A DNA stretch of 62,569 nucleotides, counting the filler, from Sphacelaria rigidula (Eukaryota): the NCBI GenBank assembly GCA_964200075.2. It is 11 parts of 11 records of this genome, joined end to end, with 100 filler letters (N's around TTAATTAATTAA, not from the genome) between each part and the next. Parts side by side here need not be neighbours in the genome. Positions count along the whole stretch, not along the records: positions 11,397 to 16,994 come from CAXNAA020025989.1; positions 17,095 to 22,692 come from CAXNAA020025990.1; positions 22,793 to 28,389 come from CAXNAA020025991.1; 8 more parts are not named here. The stretch is one strand, 5' to 3'. Under the pieces are notes generated by a model that worked only from the letters and a program-made list of their open reading frames with translations, made no database searches and had not been told where the DNA came from. Shown in pieces: positions 13,560-24,150 of this stretch (its first letter is position 1; every line of letters begins with the position of its first letter). Both the position numbers and the translations under genes were made by a program.

Positions 13560-14552
13560 AGGTATCAGCAGGACTATTACCATCATCACTTCTTCACGTT
13601 GGTAAAGCTCGTCTCAAGAACCGCTTGCAAGGACTCGTCGCTGACAACTGAACCCACCGGTATCACGATCATGATCACATCTCTAAGCAGCTAGAGCACC
13701 TTCCCAGCTCAAACTCGCAAGTAGTCGCCCTTGATCGCTCACACCGAACATTTCCGTTGAGCTTAGCGTGAGTGCAGGCAATGCTACGTCCAATTTCACA
13801 CGCTGAATTATTTGTCCTTGATACCGCGTCGGCAGATTCGTACTGCTACAATGTTACTCACTCAACGTCGGATTTCACATCCTCATGTGATGACACCGTG
13901 TGAGAGCACAGAGTGAGCGGGTAGGGAAACGATTCGGACCCCCCACGGTGCTACAGTACAGTAATCCGACCGTGCAGCCGCTCCACCTGTTCAAAGTTTG
14001 ATGGACTCTGGCTCACAACTGCGTTGCCTGCCCTTGAACAAGAAACTGACCGGCTATTCAGACCGGCGGCCCGCACGTATGGTGATGCGTCTGCTTCACC
14101 AAGCCCTCAGCGCACGAATTGACAATCGCTTCTTCGATGCCTGAAATCGCCGGGAAACATCATTCCAAGCACTGACCGATTCGTGTCCTGTCGAGCATTC
14201 GTCATCCTTGAACGAACGATGACTCACCTGTGCATTCAATCCAAGTCAATCGGTCGAGTAGAAATTCTTCTGCTCCCACAAACACACACATGCCCCCGAT
14301 CGGGAATATTTCGCATCCGCAGTGCTTACTCAAGGCATATCAAATTGCTGGCGGGCAAGCCATTCGATATGTCAACCGGCAGCCTGCAGTACCACAGGGC
14401 ACAGCGGTTATGCCCACCGGAACCCACAACGGCAACAACGAGACCGACCGGTCGATCGCGAGGCTGCGGGACGACTTTCCCAGTGTTTCCTCTCGGCTGA
14501 TTCACCAACTCCTTCGCCGCGGGTGTGCCGCACCATCTTCTGCAGAGCATCA

Positions 14553-14677
14553 TTAACCCTTTTGGAACCCACTGACGATTTCTGTTTTCATGAATCGGCA
14601 TCATTTTGACTCGAAAATAACTGAAAACGATGCCGATTCATGAAAAAAAAATCGTCAATGGGCTCCAAAAGGGTTAA
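14553..14677. mobile_element. Palindromic piggyBac-type MITE of about 120 bp
   Basis: TTAA|CCCTTTTGGAACCCACTGACGATTT...AAATCGTCAATGGGCTCCAAAAGGG|TTAA; the whole element folds back on itself. Confidence 0.9.
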
Positions 14678-15780
14678 CATCAAGCCCGTTTCCCTCGCCT
14701 TCCCCGCTCAATCAAACAGCACCACGGCTTCAGATAACTCAGTACTGCTACAAATTTCTTGCAGATTAAGCGGCAGCTCTACTTATATCAACATGAAAAC
14801 TGCTCACAAAAATATCTTCTTTTCTTGTCGCGTGTCTTTCAACAACGCCAGAATTGCACGCGGGCTACCTTCCGTCCGCCTAGCGATTTTCGGCTCAATG
14901 TGGAGTCAGGGCTTCGCACCGCCCTATCTACTGGGTTTGCCTTTCTGTGGATGGGCAGGGGGCCCTTTCAAGGCGGACTTTCGTTTTTTGCGGGGGTAAC
15001 GGCCATCGTATCTCTCGGTAACTCTGCAGGAGAAACCGTCGACAGGTCACTGGTGAGCCTCGGCAGTGGTTGCTAGAGCAACTGCCGTCAGCGTTGAAAG
15101 GGTCATTGTCGATGCTCACTTCCTCTTCCAGGTTAGGGGTACTGCTTACGGGACGTTTTTTGTACACGGGACCTCGGACAGTTCCGGGCACTGTCTACTC
15201 TTCCCGGGAAAACGTCAGGGAAGCTTTCTCAACTAGGTCAGACAAATAAATCGATTCAAGAGTGTACAGATGGTTCCGAAGATCCAGCATCAATTTTGCA
15301 TTTCAGCATTTGTTTTTTTGGAGAAGTTGAGAAAAAAAATCCAATTGTTCCAATAAAGTCCAAAACATCCAAAACAATTGCCCGGTAATTTGCTACGTAC
15401 TGTTAGAATCCAGCGACCTGTGGGTGTTCATCGTCGAGATTGTTGATAGGTGACTGTGTAGAAGTATTGTTTTGACTGCTGCCGTGCGTGGAAGACTTGA
15501 GACACAGAACTCCACACACTATGACGATATCGCGGGGTTCCTGTTGTGTCGACACGTTTTTGTACAAGTCAAAGTGCAATAGGTTATTTGAAGTCGTTGA
15601 CTACCGACTTCTGTAGCGACCTCACACACTATGGTTGTCCTCCGTGCCATGGAGTTTCCCCTGCATTTGTGCTTGCAGGGCCCGAGCAGGTGTGGCACCT
15701 ACGTTGTCGCTCATAGAATAATCACCGAGGTTTCCGTATTATTCCCCATTCGCGTGTTTTGATTTTTTGCACAATTTCAG

Positions 15781-15899
15781 CAAATGACGCACGGAGCCGT
15801 CATCGGATGCATTTGTGCATTCTTGTCTCGCTGGCTTATAGACTCCGGGCCCGTGTGGGGTGGAGCAGGGTTCTTCCTTTCGATTTTTCTCGTGGTCAG
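15781..15899 (+). CDS. Exon of an ArAE/FUSC-family-like membrane protein
   Basis: TTTCAG acceptor, AG|GTAAGC donor, 119 bp. Encodes QMTHGAVIGCICAFLSRWLIDSGPVWGGAGFFLSIFLVV(R). The phase-2 end matches the next exon. Confidence 0.7.
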
Positions 15900-16483
15900 G
15901 TAAGCTAACAACAACTGCGCGTTACTTTTGCAGAGGCTTGTTTGGTTCTGTTTTTCCAGTCAAAAGCTGTGTTGAGTGTCAGCAATAGTAGGTGAGCGTA
16001 GTGCTCAGCCGAACCAAACAACGCACGTGTCCTTTTCTACTGAATTTACAGGGTCTCGGTGCTACAGGTCCCCAATGTTTTTTTTCTTTTTGTATTTTGC
16101 ACATTGGTGCTGTGCCGGGGCAGAGGCGTGAATGTCTGTTTTTACTCAACAGCAAGCATGTTTACTCGCCTCGACCTCGAATATGACGTAGTATACGTGC
16201 GTACATGGGCGAGCAGCAAGTTGACGCCGAGAGAGCCGAAGCGTAGACCCCCGCTGGAACGGCGCTAAATGCTCTCGTTGTCTTTCCGCCTCTCAAACCA
16301 AATCGTGTCGATGTAGGCACGCTTCGCGTATCTCTCTTGTTATACCGCGTTGCAAAACACCTGTCATAGTAGTGAAGACTCTTTTTGCGGCGAAGTAATC
16401 TTTCAAGAAGAACAACGCTGATGCAAGTCGTGTTAAGTACCACCCTCAACCTCCCCTGTTACGTTACACAACGGCGAACACAG

Positions 16484-16700
16484 GAGTCGGCGCCTGACAT
16501 CCCTAGGCAAGAAGTTCGGCGCCCTGGCGGTGACAATCCTCACGATCGCCCAGAGCGACAAGGAGTTCCCCTCATCGTGGGTGGAATCTGGCGTAGTAGT
16601 TTGGCTGAGGACACACGTAGAAGGGGGGATTTTCGCCGTCGCGGCTTGTCTCCTGCCGTACCCCAAGTTCGCCACCAGAAACGGTGTTCTACGGGCCCAG
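16484..16700 (+). CDS. Next exon of the same ArAE/FUSC-family-like membrane protein
   Basis: ACACAG acceptor, CAG|GTACGT donor, 217 bp. Encodes SRRLTSLGKKFGALAVTILTIA...GGIFAVAACLLPYPKFA, resembling the LLPYPRLA motif of plant ArAE/FUSC-like proteins. Confidence 0.7.
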
Positions 16701-16915
16701 GTACGTGGCAGGGAAATGAAGCGTTGACGAACCCCAAGCTTGGGACAACTTCTCAGTACGCTGCAGGGAAAGTGCTTGTGTTGGTCGGTGTGTCTGAGGT
16801 AAATGTCAGTGACGACGAGCAGGTGCAAGTAAAGAGGTCCCGCGGGATTCGCGCGGTCATTATCCCGGTATTGTTCTGAATGTCACGAAATAATTGATCA
16901 AGCTACAACACCCTC

Positions 16916-16948
<33 letters not shown>

Positions 16949-17819
16949 ACCACCACCACGCCCCCCCTCCCCAACCAAGCCACAAAACCAACAANNNNNN
17001 NNNNNNNNNNNNNNNNNNNNNNNNNNNNNNNNNNNNNNTTAATTAATTAANNNNNNNNNNNNNNNNNNNNNNNNNNNNNNNNNNNNNNNNNNNNCCGAAC
17101 GGCCCTTTTCTCCCCCCTCTCCCCGGAGGCCCGGCAAAAAAACACCTTTTCGCCCCCCCCCCCCCCCCCCCCGCACACACACACACAGACAAACGTGTGG
17201 TACACATGGTAACAAGAGTAGGTATTTGTGGGGGGGTAGCAAAAAGCGGGTAAAAGCAAGTGGCTGCTGGTGGGTAAGCAACAAGAAGCGCCGTATGCGC
17301 GCACACATATAGGGCTGTGTTCCAGGACCAATGCACGTGAGTCAATGTCAACGCATTTCAATCCATGACGTCGATCATTAGCGGCACCAATACATCATGA
17401 TAATGCTACGCATGCCATAGTTGCATATCCACCGATTGTGCGCTTGCCATGGTCATTTTCGACTCACTGTTGAATGTCGTTGTGATGTTCTAGATGCAGA
17501 TGTAGCTTGCGGGGCTTTATTTCAGCAGCACAACCCCCAGCGGGAGACTAGGAGCATCAATGATACGCCAAGTAGTATTTTGGTTCCCACAACGCATATA
17601 CAGGCTGTATTCTCTAGTAGGCGGTACTAAACAGAGCGTTCTTTTTTTCTCGTTACACTTTCATCATCGCTCGTTTCGTTCTTGTCTACAATATCCGACT
17701 TTGCTCGCAGAGACAGTCACCCTCGGGTGGTCACTAATGGTCTTCATCTTGAAGAAATGTGAAATCAAAATATGCATGTTTTCTACCTCTCGTGAACCCC
17801 GACACCAGCCAGGGGGGGC

Positions 17820-20800
17820 GTGCTCATTTGTTGCTTGACTTAGTCATTCGACCATTGGCCACGCATCCCTTTCGAGACGTAGCACCAGTCCTACTCCCAG
17901 CAGAGACACCTCCAATATTTGGGTCCTCATTAGGTTTCTTACTTATGTTATACAACAACCATTTTCATGTCTCACCTCTTTCCTGTGTCGTCGCCTGTGG
18001 CTACCTTCTATCTCCTAGTATAGCGATTGTTTTTTCACTTTTGTCTAATGCATCAAACGATTTCATGCCACCTCTATTTCTTGCTCACATTCCCCTCTCT
18101 GGCACATCTGGTTCCTCCTTGTATATTTCATATTCTCCCACTGTTTGAGTACTGCTCTCTAATGCCTCTTCACAGGGGCAATTCTGTGCATCAATTCCCT
18201 TTTCCGCCCGACTACTGGTATACATATATATATATATATATCTTTACTTTTCCCGACTGATCCAGGTCGCCCACCCGAAACCACACATTTTCGCATAGTC
18301 CATTAGGTCGTGCATACATATTTTTATCTCTATCTATTCTCTCAATCCCCCGTATATCTTCAGGTGCCCCCGTCCACTTCCCGTCTAAGCGTTTCGTTTT
18401 CCTCTCGTTTCTACCATGTCCCTTACTTTTGTCTTTTACCCCTCACATTCACCCAAGCACAGTATCGCTTCTTGTCATCCTCCTACATACTTCCACACTC
18501 TCTCGAAGACGCTATCCAACCTTATTTCATTCTGCCATTTCGCTACTTCCTTCTGTAGAACCCTATCAACTATGGCTGGCAATCTCTTTCTTGACATATT
18601 CCTTACATTATGTCATTCAATATTTTTCAGGTCTCTATTAATTCAAGTGTATACATTCCCAATTCTCAATACTGCGTTTCTCGTCATTCCTGGGCATCCA
18701 AGTATTTTCTTAGCTGCTGTCATCTGGCTGTTCCCAGCTACTTCACCAACTTCACATTCCCATATACTTCTCTTGTCTATTCTAGCGTTGCTAAAACCAC
18801 ATTGATCAGAATGCTTCTCTTAACCAAGTATCGAAGTGCGAATCTCTCAGGATCATGTCCAGGCTTCCTATCTGTGCCTTCCCCTTTCCTATTACTTCAT
18901 GTATGTGTTCATCCCAGAAACAGTGTTTTCTATATCTGCACGTCATGGTATCTATGCTGGTCTACGATTGATAACTCCTCCTCTCCCCACATCCATTTAA
19001 ACTCTACGGGGATCTCCTCATCTTCATTTATATACAGCTACCGTGCAATTGTTCACGGTCACTGTCACACTCCATTCCCAGAGTATTCTAACGGCTCCTC
19101 TTTTTGTTTCCGCGACCATTCTGCTGTTTCTGATATCCCCACGAAATCATTCGCAACCATCACTCCCGTTACCGTATCTTCCCTCATGACTCCTCGCTCT
19201 GCCACGTATACTGCTATTATCATGTCATCAATACATATTTCAAATAGAGTACATGATAACGTACATCCTTGTGCAACTCCTTGAAATATATCAACATCTT
19301 TCTACACTTCCCGATCTAACATGGTAGCAATTTTGGCATATTCTCTCATCATCTTCACCATTCTCCACATCTTGCCTCTGATCCCAGGTGCCCACATCTT
19401 TACCCACAGCCCATTTCTCCATACTGTGCCATGAGCCTTTTATACGCGTTGAAAGAAACAGTATGCTGTTAGCCCCGCGTATTTCGCACCTTGACTAATC
19501 TTACCTAATGTGCGCAAATGGTCTACGCAGCTACGGTGTGGTGTAACCCCTGCTTGCCCCTCACGTCCTTCTCCAGCATCGCTCCCACTCGATCATTTAG
19601 AATCTGACAGAATGTTTTGCCTACAGTGCTCAATAGCGTAGTCTCTCTACAATTCTCTAGATCAGCCTTTCCTTCTTTAATGAAAAGGTCCACTACTACT
19701 CTTTTTCTCCACCTCTTGGGTGTATAGGTGTCTTCCCAGACTCAACTCTACAACATAACCATCACGGATATCATTTTCTCTCCCATGTACTTCATACATC
19801 AACACACTGTTTTGTCTGTCCATGCTGCTTCTGTTCTTGCGTTGAGCTACACACTCCTTCACGTCCTCTCTTGTGCACTCTCTGTATATTTCATTTGAAC
19901 TTCCATCTTCCGGTTTTGATGCCTCTACATTTGACTCTACCCACGCGTTAGTTTCTCGCTCGAACTCCGCGTCGAACCTTTTGTCAGCTGTTGGTGTTTC
20001 CACTTTTCGGTAGAGCTCTACTATCACTTATCTCTTCCCCTTCGAACGGCTAACCATTTTACCGTTCTGTGCTCTCAGTGTGGCTATTCCCTTATTTTCC
20101 TCTCCTGCCTGTTTGCCAAGCATTCCTTTTCATCCCTACCTATGTTTTCTTCATCCTGCCATCTAAATGTTCATTTGGTTTTGTTAATTACATTTTTAAC
20201 CTTTTTGGAACCCATTGACGATTTTTGTTCTGGTGAATCGGCATCATTTCGACTTGAAAATGACTGAAAATGACCCCGATTCATAAAAGCAAAAATCGCC
20301 AATGGGTTCCAAAAGAGTTAATGTTCTCTTGTGTTTCTCTGCCATATTTTTTGTCTCTTTGCTGGCTTGAGCATACTTTTCCCACCCTACCGTAGTTTTC
20401 CTCGATGCATATCTTGCGTGGATCTCTCTCCTTACTCTTATAGCCTCTTTTACTTCCTAATCCCACAGTTTTACTGCTCTGTTGCATGTGATCAGTTGAT
20501 CCCCTATGGCTTTTGTTGCCATGGTCTTGATCTAATGTTACCATCCTCCTATGATTCTCGGTCCAGCCTGATCCCTTTCTATTTCGGTATTAGCCGTACC
20601 TCCGCTTTCCAACAGCTCGGAAAATTTCCCCGCAAAGTGGTTCATATCTTCTTGAAACTCTTGCTGTTTTCGTTCGCTTCTAGTTTATCTGTTCTTCATT
20701 CGTACGGCTCCCTACGGGGCCTATTACGTGTAGCTTTCGTCCGCTGACTGTCTATCTATATTAGGCAATGATGCGTAGTTGTTACGTACGCTGCGCATAC

Positions 20801-21140
20801 ATATATTTCCGTTTTCTTGCTCTTTCCATATTCTATCACTGAATAGTCAAGAGTGGAGCTCTCTTTCTTGTGTATGTATTGTCTCGTTCATCGCAGATCT
20901 GTTTGCTTTACTCTATTGTTCAACGTCTTCATCTCGTTATCCTCAAGGAATTCCAACGCGTTTATCCCATCCGTACTCTTCTCCGTTTCCCGCTGAGTCC
21001 AATGTTACGATGCGGTTGGCATGCTTTTCCAATCCTTCCACTAAAATATTCCACTACCATTGCTTCTCCATGCCCTTTTAGTTATGTATATTCACTTCTA
21101 TTTCCTCGGATCTCCTCTATATATCGTGTTCTGTACTCTT
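17820..21140 (-). mobile_element. Degenerate LINE (APE endonuclease plus reverse transcriptase), many stops and frameshifts
   Basis: RT motifs at about 19230-19650: LLSTVGKTFCQILNDR, EGQAG...RSCVDH, TVWRNGLW.KMW..GIRGKMWR, QGVAQGCTLS.TLF...IDD. APE C-terminal region NG.NALEFLEDNEMKTLN...STLDY at about 20835-20970. C-terminus IAILGDR...RKGCVANGRMTKSSNK* with stop at 17824-17826. Confidence 0.9.
20196..20321. mobile_element. Palindromic piggyBac-type MITE nested in the LINE
   Basis: TTAA|CCTTTTTGGAACCCATTGACG...CGCCAATGGGTTCCAAAAGAG|TTAA; same family as 14553-14677. Confidence 0.9.
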
Positions 21141-22204
21141 CGAAACTGGGGACCCAAATCTCCGGGGACCGGACTCCCAGAAACATGTTATTTGCACGCA
21201 GGGGCCTGCCTTTTCGTGAATCGGTATCATCCTCTCTTTTTTGAGTAAAAATGACACCGATTCACAAAATGACCCGTCCAACACCCCGAGCAGCCCCGAG
21301 AAGCGTGCTTGCTAGAAAAGTGCAACCCCTACCGTAGCATAACTCTACTGCAATATTCTAATCCTAGTACTTGTTGGGGGTCTGGTGTCTTCCAGTCATT
21401 TTTCTGGCTCACCGGCACTACATAGTGCCTCCAACGCGGGTTCGTAGCCTGAAGCCAAGTCTAACACCCTTGACACAAGTACCCCACGTTTGTGCCAGGC
21501 GATCCGCATGGTAAGCCATCCAGACACCCTAGAATTGTATTTTCTATCTTCTTGCCCCACTGCTGTACTGGTTACTCACCTCCAGGAAAGTAATTTTCAC
21601 CGTTTAAGGTTCAAGGACGGTTTACATAAGCCAGGGTCTTAGTCGCACATCTGGGTGTCTCGCGCATCACTTCCTCCTACTCCATGTACGGTAGCTAATC
21701 CACTAGTACTTCCGAGTAGCCCTTCGCTGCTGAAAGCTTGGCCAACGATTCCCCCAAATTTTGTACCGGCTTCTAACCTTTAAGATCTCAAGATATTTAC
21801 GTACCGCTTGGTGCTCCTTCTTTTTGGTCATAATGGTCGATCATTGGAAACGTCTTTGTTTCATGAGTGCAGGAGATCTTGACGTTTTTGACATGCATCA
21901 TCCACTCCTTCGTTTTATTTGACGCCTGTACACCCATTGTTGGGGATTTTAGGATAATGTCTGACCAAATTTCCACCCCCCATTGGAAATCGGGTCAGCG
22001 CTCCTAACCTTCTGATGAAATTGATATGCCGGGGCGACCTAACTCCATCTGTACTTACTTTGCATCTCTGTGTGTTTGATCTTGCATGTAATATTTTGGT
22101 CAACCTCCACGCCATTCCTTACATATTCGGGTTTTGATCCTTGTTTCATGCCTTACCTTTGTTGCGATATGGAGGAAATAATCTCGATTGGTGTTTCTTT
22201 TGGT

Positions 22205-22575
22205 ATGGGAGAGAAAAATGGACAGCTTCGTTATTTATTTTCTGCATCTTGCTTGAGCTGTGTTTAACGCGAAGAAAAACATATATTAGCTCCGTTGTAT
22301 CATGTCTATATCCGACCTGTGTTCGAGTTAGAGCAAAACCAAATCAATAGCTTCGTTATTTCATGTCTATATCCAGTCTACGTTCTGGAAATGCAAGAAA
22401 CAGATGGTGAGCTTCGTCATCTCATGTCTGCATCCGCGCTGTGTTCTGGTTAGTGCAGAGAAAAATGGTTAGCTTCGTAATTTCAGGTCTGTATTCGGTA
22501 TGTGTTCGGATAATGCAAATAAAAAGGCGATTGACTTCATCATTTCATGCCTATATCCGGGCTGTGTTCTGGTCG
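22205..22575. repeat. Degenerate tandem repeat, about 61-bp unit, about 6 copies
   Basis: Recurrent AGCTTCGT.ATTTCATGTCT.TATCC...CTGTGTTC.GG with about 61-bp period. Confidence 0.8.
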
Positions 22576-23689
22576 GGATTATTTTTTTCTCCCACACTTT
22601 GAACCATGGCATGCATGATCATGAGTACACACTTTGAACCCCTCCCCTTCCTCGGGATGAGTCCGTGGTCTCAAGCGATCAACCCATCTCTCNNNNNNNN
22701 NNNNNNNNNNNNNNNNNNNNNNNNNNNNNNNNNNNNTTAATTAATTAANNNNNNNNNNNNNNNNNNNNNNNNNNNNNNNNNNNNNNNNNNNNAAGACTAT
22801 TAAAAAAAAAAAGTCCCCCGGCGTAACACTGAACATTTCTTTCCCAGTGCAACGGCGCCCCCCATGCACATGACGTCGAAGTAAGTGGACGAGTAACTTC
22901 ACACATGTGTTAGCTGATGGTGCACGCGTTCTGGTAAGCAGGGTGGTCGACTAGAGTGCGTTATACCGGATTTGCCGAATTCCGGAATTCGCGTCCTTCC
23001 AGGTGTCCCACAGCACCGCAAGCGTTGGCGCCCGGGGAACATGCTGCTTGTGATATGCCCGAGAAGTGCTCCAAGTTACACTCACCGACTCGCAGTCGAT
23101 GTCAAGAAATCCACTTTCCAACAAACGGAGAAAATGCGGGAAAAGACACTGGTCAACCGTGGCAAGATGCATGAGTTGGGGTTGCGCCGCATGTCCTACG
23201 TACGGCAACGTCCTTGCATATGTGCTCTTCCTGGGCAACACGGCACAGCTTGACAGATTTGCAAAAGAGAACATGACAGCGTGACTATTAAGGTTTTGCA
23301 CATGGCCCTTTGACACGGCACGGTTGTAGTGGTATCCGCAGAATCGTGCGGTGCTAACCGAGTGTGCAGGTGAAAATCTGGAGCAGCATTGAGGGTGGGA
23401 GTGTCCAGGGGGCAGCGCGCAGAAAATTTTGATACACGGAGCCCTCCCCCCCCCCCCCCCCCCCCCGAGGGCCCTTTTCCGAAAAAAAGAATCGTCCTCT
23501 TCATTTCTGTCGTCGAACTTTTTTCAAGGAAATTATAANNNNNNNNNNGAGAAGCATTGGGGGTGGGGGGGTCCAGGGGGCAGCGCGCAGAAAATTTTGA
23601 TACACGGAGCCCCCCCCCCCCCCCCCCCATCCCCCGGAGGGCACTTTTCCGAAAAATATAATGATCTTCTTCATTTCTGTCGTCAACTT

Positions 23690-24150
23690 TGTTGCAAGGA
23701 ATTGATCAATAAATGCTGACAAAACCGAAAAGTCTGGTGGGCTTTGCGAGGTTTGTATATCTGCTCCTGCTCCTTGCCCCCCTGTCCCGGTGACCTCAGA
23801 TGCCGGAGGGCATCTTTACAAAAATCTCCTGATTTTTTCTTCCCCCTTTGATTTTGTTGCAAGAAATTGATCAATAAACGCTGACAAAACCGAAAAATCT
23901 GGTGGACTTCGCGAGGTTTGTTTATCTGCTCCTGCTCCTTGCCCCCTTTGTCCCGATGGCCTCGGATGCCGGAGGGCATCTTTTCGAAAAATCTCCTGAT
24001 ACATGAAAATCTCCTGATACATACTTTTTCTCTTTAATTTTGTTGCAAAAGATTGATCAATGAACACTGACATAAACAGAAAAGTCACGAGGCTATTCGG
24101 GGGTTATATAATTGCTTCTGCTCCTTGCCCGTTCTGTCCCGACGGCATCA
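23690..24150. repeat. Tandem repeat, about 165-185 bp unit, 3 copies
   Basis: TTTGTTGCAA..AATTGATCAAT.AA..CTGACA...CTGCTCCTTGCCC...TGTCCCG at about 23690, 23855 and 24040. Confidence 0.8.

Noticed and set aside
18610..19284. 224-aa plus-strand ORF, and similarly 53015-53728 and 59388-60041
   Set aside because: Antisense shadows of the minus-strand LINE and gypsy coding regions.
22205..22575. 61-bp periodic array as a possible CRISPR
   Set aside because: The whole unit is homologous between copies, with no unique spacers. The same holds for 54768-54945.
23170..23240. PHVLRTAT, resembling the HxLR motif of tyrosine recombinases
   Set aside because: Isolated short match just after a stop codon; no other catalytic motifs found.
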